DNA of 64,000 bases from Amphiscolops sp. MND2022 (lineage: Eukaryota). The translations under genes were made by a program, and so were the position numbers. Location: assembly GCA_964187785.1 (NCBI GenBank), contig OZ076409.1, positions 79,176,001 through 79,240,000 of the forward strand, written 5' to 3'. This document shows, in pieces, positions 1-9,423 of this stretch. The notes below the pieces were generated by a model, which saw nothing but the letters and a program-made list of their open reading frames with translations, was not told where the DNA came from and made no database searches. Positions within the stretch are counted from its first letter, which is position 1, and each line of letters starts with the position of its first letter.

Positions 1-298
1 GGATCTCTGCCGTAGTCTTGGTCGATATACGTTGGGTTAAAGTTCACGACTAGGGGAATGGGCCTGAATCGGGTATTGAAGGTGGTGGTGTAATCAGGGT
101 CCCAAACAGAATTTGGTTTTTGGAATAAATGGGTGTTGTTATAGGTGATGGTGATAGCTTTGTCCATCTGTTGTTGCCAGACAACAGAGGGATAGCCCAT
201 CAATTGTTGTGTATACTGATGAAAAGTTTTTGTTGGAGGATCCGACCTGATGTATTGGCGGACGGATATCAGTTCGTTGTATTGGAGTCGTGGCGAAG

Positions 299-1993
299 TT
301 AGTTTTTTGACTCATCATTGGGATATGAGGATTGGGAGCTCGATGATGTCGGTTTGGTCTGAGGTTTCTGAGCCTTTGAATTGGGCTTATTGTCAGTTGA
401 GTCTTCGGGCCTAGTGCGTTTGGGTTTAAGATGTGCACCAGCACCTTGCCAACATCTTTCCTCCGGGTGGTTCTTTTTGCCACAAGTGCTACACTCCGGA
501 TATGTTTTCTTCTGCGTCGATTTGCCTTGTTGGGCATCTTTCTCTTTTTTCTTTTTCAGTTTTTCGCAGTCCTTGACCATGTGGCCCTTTTCCTTGCAAT
601 AATTGCAAGTGATATCGGACAGTTTCCCTGTGGACAGAGGCGTTTTAGGTTTTGTAGATGAGGAGGCCATTGTGGCCATTGGTAGGTCGTCTGACTCCTC
701 GAGGGCGTTAAGTTCCAATTCTCTCTCCAAATGAGCAACGATCTCGTCGTATGAGCCATTTTCTAACCTGGCCATGTTGACGGACCGCTTCAGTTTTGGT
801 GGCAGTTTTGCGTAGAGTAAGCTGTCAATCAATTTCTGTGCATGATCACCAAACGCCTTCTCGGCTCCCTGGTTTAATTCTTCGAGAAAATCAGGCAACT
901 TCATCGTATTGGGATCGAAGACCAGACGGTGCCATTTATGTTTGGCAGTCGTCTGTGACTCGGGCTTGACGTACTTTCGTCTAAAGATGACTAATACGTC
1001 CTCTAGAGTTTGTCGGTTGTTTGAGCTGATATTTCTGAATGTCTGAAGAGCATTCTTCCTCAATAAAGAGTGGAAGTGATTGATCTTCATTTGCTCAGTC
1101 ATTTCTGGCTGCATCTTGATCATAGTGTGAAATAGGTCTTCGAACAGCTCGAATTTCTCACTTTTGCCATCGAATGTCATGGTATTTGAGTTGACTGGGC
1201 GTATGGTAAGTTGTTGGGCCGTCGGTCTATTCTGCATTGTAGTCAAGACGTCTGCCAGTCGAGTGATAGGGTCGGAGTCAGCAGCCGTAGCGATTCTCTC
1301 TTGTGCCGGGATCGTCGTGTCGAGGTTGATGTCCTCAAAGGACCTGTCGAGATGATTTCTGGATGAGATTCGTCCTGTGAGAAACTCAGGAACTGGATTT
1401 GGAAATTCGTTGTCTCCTGTCACCATGTCATGAACATTACGATGTGTTTTATCACCGTGTTCATTATTAGGAGTAGATTTAGTTTTCGCGTTGTACTGAA
1501 CTTCGGAGTAACTTTCCGGTCTCTCATCAGATCTCTCCCATCCCCTTCTAGTCTCCTGTCCTGAACCGGCCATAATAACGTTTTGAATTTGGGGCAAAAC
1601 TTGGTTATTGATGGCGTCACTTATGGCTCTCTGGATTTGAGAACTAACACTGTTCATCATCTCATCCATCTCCCTAGATATTCTAGAGTTCAGTTCACTC
1701 GATAACTTATTGATCTCAGCCTGAGAGTCTATACTCGCTGAATTTCGGTCATAACCGGCACTAGTCCCAGTTTCGGGATTTCTATGGTCAGAATGGAGAT
1801 TCATTTCCTCATTTTCTAAGTTATTACTTGCAACACTTTCTTGCCTTCTAATGGAAGTTCCATCGAGGCTTTCATCTCTCCTCATGTCACTTGAGTGGTT
1901 TTCACCTAACATTATGTCAAGGTTTTCAATGTCAGAGAGAATTTCTAATCCTCTAGATTTCCTTGCTTTCTTCTGCTTCCTTGTAGTAGGCAT
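299..1993 (-). CDS. gag: Gag polyprotein (564 aa), second A unit
   Basis: Capsid-like TFDGKSEKFELFEDLF region; zinc knuckles CNYCKEKGHMVKDC and CSTCGKKNHPEERC. Confidence 0.93.
   Translation of the reverse strand: MPTTRKQKKARKSRGLEILSDIENLDIMLGENHSSDMRRDESLDGTSIRRQESVASNNLENEEMNLHSDHRNPETGTSAGYDRNSASIDSQAEINKLSSELNSRISREMDEMMNSVSSQIQRAISDAINNQVLPQIQNVIMAGSGQETRRGWERSDERPESYSEVQYNAKTKSTPNNEHGDKTHRNVHDMVTGDNEFPNPVPEFLTGRISSRNHLDRSFEDINLDTTIPAQERIATAADSDPITRLADVLTTMQNRPTAQQLTIRPVNSNTMTFDGKSEKFELFEDLFHTMIKMQPEMTEQMKINHFHSLLRKNALQTFRNISSNNRQTLEDVLVIFRRKYVKPESQTTAKHKWHRLVFDPNTMKLPDFLEELNQGAEKAFGDHAQKLIDSLLYAKLPPKLKRSVNMARLENGSYDEIVAHLERELELNALEESDDLPMATMASSSTKPKTPLSTGKLSDITCNYCKEKGHMVKDCEKLKKKKEKDAQQGKSTQKKTYPECSTCGKKNHPEERCWQGAGAHLKPKRTRPEDSTDNKPNSKAQKPQTKPTSSSSQSSYPNDESKN
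1414..1425 (-). promoter_or_regulatory. Primer-binding site of the second A unit
   Basis: TGGTGACAGGAG directly after the LTR end at 1426. Confidence 0.8.
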
Positions 1994-3176
1994 TAAGACT
2001 GAATCGGGTTGAAAACTTGACTTATCAATTCCGGAAAATTAACAGTGTAACCGTTTGTATTATGAACATCTTTATCAAAAGAGAGAAGCACAAAGTATGA
2101 GTCTTCCTGCAGGGGTATGGGTATTTATACCCCTGAAAGTATGACACACACATTTTTACATATTTTGATCAAGACAAATCATAGAATTTTACAATCAACA
2201 TAGGAAAATCCCCGACAACTACATATTTCCGGGGGACATTTAAGGAATGGCATTCAGAGTCATCATTTTAAGTAGCAACTTCAAACAATTTATCGGTTAG
2301 ACCTACTTCAAGTGTGATGTAAACAAATACCACAGCCTGCATTTTTTATGGCAATGTAAAATGAAGGCACGTGCCGGCACAAGTTTACTGCAAATTAGGC
2401 TGAAAACGGAATGTATTACTATGTGTGGAATTCTAATACTGCATCGATATTCACGAAAATACACTCGCATATCAGAGCCGGAATGGGCCCAAATCCATAA
2501 CATGTACTGCGCATAGGAAAGACATGGTAAAAGGCCTTAACCGTCCCTTTATCCAAGTTAAAAGTATACAAACATCAAAACATCACAAACGTATTTATTT
2601 AGACTAAAAACATGCTTCTAATAACTCGGCGTAAGTATTGATCCTTTTAGGCAACAAAGGTATCATTATGCTCGAATTGGCCGAAGCCGTCCATTTGACT
2701 GGGGGACTGATATAAATTAGCACCGCTTAGTCAATTGGTCATATCCGGCCATCATAAATAAAGCACTCATAATTAGCAAAAGGAGAGCTCTGATTGGCTA
2801 ATAACTGTACTGAAAGTTACATCGCCGAGAAGGGACGTTTTCTTACTTGAACACGTTTCCTTCTCGCGATCAGCCTGCTTATTGTACGTTACCGCTTTGA
2901 TTAATTTCAACACTCTATTTGCAATACACCGAACTTCCTTTTACAAATCTCAAATCACAACCTGATTTGGATAGCTTCAAATCGCAATTTTAACAGACTA
3001 ATATCACGAACAATTATATAAAAATGCACTTGAATAAACAAAACGAATGTGATTAACTAGTAAATATAAGTTTCAGTAAGGGAAAGATTAAAACGTGGGT
3101 AGGGTACCTGGGACAATTTCTTGATTTTCCGCTGACGTCGTTATTAATGTGCCGTCGCAGGCGGCAGGCTGCGACA
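1426..3176 (-). repeat. LTR of element A (3' LTR of one unit, 5' LTR of the next), 1751 bp
   Basis: Matches 15747-17498. Minus-strand termini TGTCGC...ATGACA, followed directly by TGGTGACAGGAG. Confidence 0.92.
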
Positions 3177-3873
3177 CTGCGGGTGTTATGAAGAGGAATG
3201 CCCCGGCGTTGAGACCGTTCTCATATGCTTCTCTTCTGATTTCCGTGATGTACTCAGGCTCTCCTCGCGGCTGGGACCTTGCAACATACCATTCTACTTT
3301 CTCTTTCTTTATTGCTTCTGAGGATCTGCCACACACCATACAACCAGAATACAGTTTGTTGCTTACGTCCTCGTACGGCCTTGTGTTCTGTACGTGGAAC
3401 GACGCGTGAAAACCACCCATTGTATGCTGCATCAGGGGGGTGTCCAAACTTGGCCCTCTCTCATGGTCAGGCGGTGACATGGGTGACTCTGGCACTGGTA
3501 ATAGAGTCTTGCAAACCTCTATTCTTGACTTTCCCAACTTCTTTGGGGGAGCATAACACATCTCCTGGTCAAAGTACCTGTGGTCAAATTTCGGAGTCAC
3601 ATCTGTTCGCATCTGGGAAGAACTGGGGCCAGCTTCTGGTTCGTCTCCTGAAGGTTCCTCCATAGTCATTATGCAGCCCCCAATTAGCATGGGGCTGGAG
3701 GTGACTTCCCTTTCGATTCTTGCAATAAGTTGCTCCGTGTATGTGGAGCAGTCGGTTTCCCAGTCTGATGACTCTTCCTCACTGCTGGAAATGTATATCA
3801 CTGACCTTTCAGAATCATCTGAGTCGTATTCCTCCAGATCGAACAATCTTCTAGCTAAGTTGTATTTGCTCAT
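3088..3873 (-). CDS. ORF3 of A (261 aa): acidic N-terminus, CxxC domain, ends inside the 3' LTR
   Basis: Intact ATG ORF whose C-terminal region is homologous to 38086-39135 of element B. Confidence 0.75.
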   Translation of the reverse strand: MSKYNLARRLFDLEEYDSDDSERSVIYISSSEEESSDWETDCSTYTEQLIARIEREVTSSPMLIGGCIMTMEEPSGDEPEAGPSSSQMRTDVTPKFDHRYFDQEMCYAPPKKLGKSRIEVCKTLLPVPESPMSPPDHERGPSLDTPLMQHTMGGFHASFHVQNTRPYEDVSNKLYSGCMVCGRSSEAIKKEKVEWYVARSQPRGEPEYITEIRREAYENGLNAGAFLFITPAVSQPAACDGTLITTSAENQEIVPGTLPTF

Positions 3874-4919
3874 GATTACGTTTTTTGCTATTTTTGAAGC
3901 TATTCGTAGTGACTGTATTGAAGAGAAGTTTGTAGTAGAATGAATTTGTCAGTTTTAAGATTTTAGCCGAATCAGGCCTTTTCCCGAACTTTCCAGTTCG
4001 GCGGGAGAACCTTAGGTTAATCGTCCCGATTTGTCGTAAACTTTCTAAATGGAATTTTATAATTAGTCGGCAACCTTTGATAATACGGTGTTTACCCTCC
4101 ATCAGCACCATCATTCTGAGAGGTGTTAATGACGCTTGAGTTGTAAACATTATCTCCACCCGTTTCAAGTGGGTAATTAAAAGTTTGCCTGAGAGCGATT
4201 AACGGCACGCGACGCGGAATTCTTTCAAAATGGCTTCAGCCAATCAGCTTTAAGCTTCGATAAATTGCAAAATTAAATAATAAAAATGGCGAAAATAATA
4301 AATCCAAATAATTCAAGATGGCGAAAATTCTAACTAAAAAGTAACTAAGGCAACTGAACGAAACGGCAAAATAAAACAGGGCAAACGGCCATAATCGGCC
4401 ATTAATTAAATAGGCTGCAAATAATGAAGATCTTTGTACACTTCGCTGGCAGACTCCATGTACAGAATAAATATGTAAATAACCAAATAATATTAGTCTG
4501 GTAAACTTTCTTCAGCCACGAACTCCAACTTCTAAATTCTATTACCCCATTTTAATTCCAGTTCAATTCTGATTATTTTACTTCTGCTTTCTTTATCTGA
4601 AATCCTTCATCAGACAGCTTTCGCTACTCATCTTTAACTTCGCCAACAGCCTTCTTCTCTGAAGTATCCCCGGGACCCGTCCCTAATCCGGATTCGGCCA
4701 GATTCTACAACTCTGGAACCTGATTGGTTCGACATTGATAGGCGAAGCAGAGCAGAATGTCTTCAGTTGAAGGTTGGTTTGCTTTGGTTTTGAACCTAAT
4801 TTAACTTGATCAGGGCTAAATTTGTTCACAAAATGCTTCCTGTTTCCATCAGTGAACACGTGATAACACGTTTTATTCAAATTTTCAAAGTAGTTCCGGA
4901 AGTTTTCTAATGCGGTAGA

Positions 4920-7900
4920 ATGGATTTCTTTCAAGGAAGCTCACCGCCAAATTTCATCTCCTTCTGTTCAGAACATCAGAATGTTGATGAACCACAAGTC
5001 CAAAGCAACACTAGAACTGGCAATCTCACTGGGCCTCCTCAACGTCCAGTTCCCATTTCAATGCCCAGCAGTGTACCTTCTCCTCCTACATTTCCCCCAG
5101 TCAGAGCTGTTCTCAGTCAAACAATGCAGATGGCTGTTGATTCTCCTTTCAGCAATGAGAGCAACATCGATGTCACCACTTATGCGGATGAGATGGTTCA
5201 GCGAATGGAAATTTCCCAAGGACTCAATGGTGATGATCCTGCTCGCCACGATGAGGAAGGTCCATTTACGGCCCAAATCCCAACTGCACAGGCTACAATT
5301 CGGGATCCTGAGTTTGTACGCTCAAGCACTCCAAATCCATCCAACCAGCCTGGGGCTACAGTAGTCAGTCTTTCCCAGCTTGAATCATCCCTCTCCGTTG
5401 TGCCAAAGGCACAAGCTGACCTCCCTGAATTACAAGTCAACCAGGACCAGACTCAAGAGGTGTCTGAGGCTTCATTCCTTCAGTCTGAAGAGAATGCTTC
5501 ATCCTCAGTCAATGAACCACCGCCACTCCCTGGGAGAAATGAGCGGGCCAAAGCCTCGGGTTAACATAGCGACACCAATCAAACACTGGAAAGTGTAAGT
5601 CAGTCCGAAATCCCTGCTCTGTATGGAACAAACCCCTTTGACTCTGTCCCACTATCTGAGGGAGGTGGCGAATCTGGGTCTGAGATTCATGACCCGGGCC
5701 AACCGGGCACGTCAAGGGCAGGCCTACCGGTACAAGGTGAAGTTCTGCGGGATCTGTCAGGACGGGGTAGAGCAACCCTGAAACAGTATTTTGAGACTGA
5801 GGACCCATACACCTTCCCTGTCGGACAAAGGGTCGTTGCCTCCACTGAGCCACAAGTCTACCATTTACTCCGAGTTTTGACTGATGAGGCCATAAATATG
5901 ACTTGCTCCACTATGGAGAAGATGGTAATTGGAGCTGTCAGTGGGACACTTGCAACAGCCCCTTCACGGACTGAAAGATTTCGGTCAGTAGCTCATTCCT
6001 CTACTCCAGGTCCCAATCAATGTGTTGGGTCCAGCTCCGAAGGGATTCTGACTGGATATGGTTCAGGATCAGGATCTCAAGCTGACACGAGCATGCTTCA
6101 GAATGTCAGCGACTTCTTCAATCCTGATGAGAGTGATGGTGCCACGGAGATGGCCCTAATTAACCAAGCCTTTGGCATAACCGCTTCTGGGAGTTCTCCT
6201 CCTGCAGCACAACCAGGACAGTCACGAGGCCTTTCTGAGGAAGGAACTGAGTCAGCCGAAAAGAGTAGCCTCGATGCCACATTGTCCGAGGTCCGTAACC
6301 GGTCTTCTGCCCAGAAGTCCCGTCAGGTAGTTGTGACAGCCAAATCTGCTAAAGCCAAAAGGGGACGAAAGCGCGGAGTACCCATGAGGGAGGAGTTTTT
6401 CTCCAAAATAAGGTGGACGAGGTCTTTCATCTCTGGGCCAACTGACCCTCTCCACAACCCACACATGGTATGGTGCCACATGTGTAAGAAAAACTTCAGC
6501 ATTAAAACCAAGGGCACCGTTGAAATCTTGCGCCACCATAGAAAAGAAAAGCACCTACGTCGTGATCAAAGGTGGAGATATGAACACCTCAGAACAACTG
6601 ATTCGGTGACCGGAAAGATTCAACATCGGGTTCGTGGGAGGAATGGCATAATCCTCAATAAGAGTGAATTAGCCCATGAACTGCCTAAATTCATCCACAC
6701 TGAGCTCATCGATGTAGGAGAGAGACACCCCTTTTATGAGGATTATCTGAAGGGTCATACTTCCGCACCTGTTACGCCTCAGTCGCGGTTGCGGACTCAG
6801 ATTTGCCTTGTTGGAGACTTTGTCCAAAGTTCGGGAGACCTGGCTCTACTTCGTAAAATGTGGGCGAGGGCTGGCAACTATACAGGGTATCAAGCGGCCT
6901 TCCAAGGCTTCGATTGGAGCGAAGATCATATAATGGTAAGTTTATTCAACTGCTTCTCATAGAATCATGGTTAGCATAACAGAGGGTTAGAAAAGCAGCA
7001 GCACATAGTCTTCCAATTTTGTTCCATTTCAGGCCGTCTTCCAACACATCTTCAATTGCATGATGGAAGACGTATCCAATCAGGTTGCCGCATCCCAACA
7101 TTTTGGGATCGAATTTGAGAAGAGGGGGACCAATCGCTACATGTACTTCCGATTCTGGAATGGTGCCCAGCTTTGTCGGATCTTCATCTGCCGGAGTGGT
7201 CTTACCGGCACTGGGCTTAGTGAAGAACTGGGCTCTCTGTCACGGCTGTTGTCCGTCATTTCTACAACCCCCGATGTAGTCGCCATCTCAGGATGTGCCG
7301 TCGACCTGATCAGGACAGTGGACAAACATCCCACTTACCCTCGGGGCGTGCAGAGCTGTTTCCGCTTCGAGTGCCTCAACCTCCAAACGCTGATGCACAA
7401 GATGAATTACAGTGTGTTTGGCCACATTGACATGTTCTCGGTGCTTCAAGGCCTGCTAGTTTCACTTGGAGGATGCCTCTCAGAAGACTGGATCATTGAA
7501 TCAGCTGAACTCGTTCGAGTAAGTTCACTTTGTGAATTCAGTCTGTAAGGTACTAGTGTGCAAAGATAAACTACACCAATTGGCCTCTTGATCCTAAGAG
7601 CTGTAACGTTCTAGGCGATTACAACTTGTACACTCGAAGTGAAAAAGATACCAGATTTGTGCCGGGACCTGCTAAAGAAATGGAAGTCAATTCTGCGATA
7701 CCTCTCAGTCCAATCTCGCAGACAGGAAAACCAAGGAGTCCACAATAAGGTTATATCTCTTTTATGGTACTTATTTCCTTTAGGAGGAGTTCATGCTAAT
7801 TGCCACCCTTTTGGTAATGTGGGTAGGGTTATTTGTCTCGTATTCCCCCGTGTCTTTCGCAGGTCCAGAGTTTTGAGTGGTCCCTTATCATGGACAATTT

Positions 7901-9181
7901 CTTCACCGCCAAATTAGAGCTGTTCCAGCGCCTGGTCAGCGATTGTGAGCATTTCCTATTTCGTGATAGTCACTTTGGTCAGTTGTCCTTTTAAGGACCT
8001 TTAGATTTTGTATTTCAGACGTCACCAGTTTCGCTATCAATCTAGCTCAAAGACGGGACGCTTCCTTCTTCCTGTGCGGAGAGATATGCAGGTACATCAA
8101 TCGTCTCTGTTTTCGTGTTTTCCGACCCGACACCGTGCCATTAGACAATGCCTGGTTTCTGTTAATGGACTTCCAGCTTGGCCAAGGCACACTCATGGAC
8201 GATGAAGACTTCCTGGTGCGTCTTAAGATAGCCAGCAGAGTTGCCACTGCCTGTAACCTGAAAGCAGCCGGACTCCACTTTAACAAAAAGTCCAGTAAGG
8301 CAGCCATTGCCAAAACAGCTGAAGTTGCGAAGTCAGATTTTGTGTCCAGCGCCAAGAACTTTTTCAAATTTCTGTTGTCAGAGGTCCTCCAACACACAGA
8401 GCTCACTTCTGACCTTATCAAGGGACTAGCCGCGTTCGATCCCTTTGTTTTTTTCCAAAGGCCTGTGGAAGTCGCCTTACGCCATTTCGACTATTTGTAT
8501 TCGACATTCCAGTTGCGTTGCTGGGTCTCTGCATCGAATGAGTCAGTTTGCCGAGATGAATATGTGGCCTTGTTGGACTATCTCCGTACCAATCATTCCA
8601 CCGAATTCGGTTCCACTAGTCATTCTCCTGACCTCATTGACTTTTTTATGGGTTTAGATTTCCTTCAAACCCACGACCACATTTGAAACTTGTTCAAGTT
8701 GAGCTGTTTGTGTATAACATCTGTTAGCCCCCAGTATCCCCCAGTGTCTTTTGGAAAGATTGACACGAGAGGACTTCAGTCCCGTTTGACAGACGTTATC
8801 TTGCCCTGCCAGAGTTACTTGACATCAGTGCCTGATTCCCTGCTTGCCTGTTGCACTGAGTCCCGACTTGAGAAGTTCTGTCATTTGTCCACTTCGTTTG
8901 GACAATCAAGTTTCGCCGCCGATTATGACCCTTGGACCTTCGTAGACGGTTTCGGCAGTTCTGCTATTTACAAGACTCTTGTGGCATCTTATCGTTCTGT
9001 TCTCGCTGGGTCAGACTTCCATTTTAGGAGTCCCACTCTTCCTGATGTTTCTTCTGTGCAAGACGCACCTGCTGTCAAGTTGCCTAGCGAAAACAAACGT
9101 AGACGGATGAAAAGGAGTTGTTCCCGTAGTAGATCCTCATCTGTCATTGAAGAATCCCCTGCTGATAGCTCTAAAAACTAA
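4920..9181 (+). pseudogene. Antisense spliced gene in A: zinc-finger + hAT-transposase-like protein (~1293 aa). Exons 4920-6935, 7033-7518, 7615-7749, 7863-7944, 8019-9181
   Basis: GT-AG introns join the ORF fragments in frame. WCHMCKKNFSI...ILRHHRKEKH finger; LAAFDP; C-terminal LFKLSCLC segment. In-frame stops at 5562-5564 and 8684-8686. Confidence 0.8.
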
Positions 9182-9423
9182 CTGTACATATGTATTTATG
9201 TACTTACGGACTGTAAACTTTTCTGATTTTCTGTTTGTATTGTTTGTTTCATTTTGTTGTTCTTGATTTCCTGATCCCGTATTTATTTTCCTTGCAAGGG
9301 ATCGTCCAAATGTTCCATTATTTATTCAGAAAATACTACTGTATGGGACTGATAAAAGGAAAAATAAAAGAGAAAAAAGCAGAACAGTTCAGGGTTAATT
9401 TCCTGAACCGAATTTAATTTTCT

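Larger units (their letters stand above)
1..3176 (-). mobile_element. Second tandem unit of element A (shared LTR, PBS, gag, start of pol), truncated by the window edge
   Basis: Bases 1-1425 are near-identical to 14322-15746 (offset 14321) and directly follow the LTR at 1426-3176. Confidence 0.92.

Noticed and set aside
139..537. 132-aa ORF overlapping the gag end (also 14460-14858)
   Set aside because: It is the +1 shadow frame; pol is in the -1 frame.
4920..9181. Interpretation as a recent nested hAT transposon insertion
   Set aside because: No TIRs or 8-bp TSD seen, and the same position, orientation and introns occur in the diverged element B.
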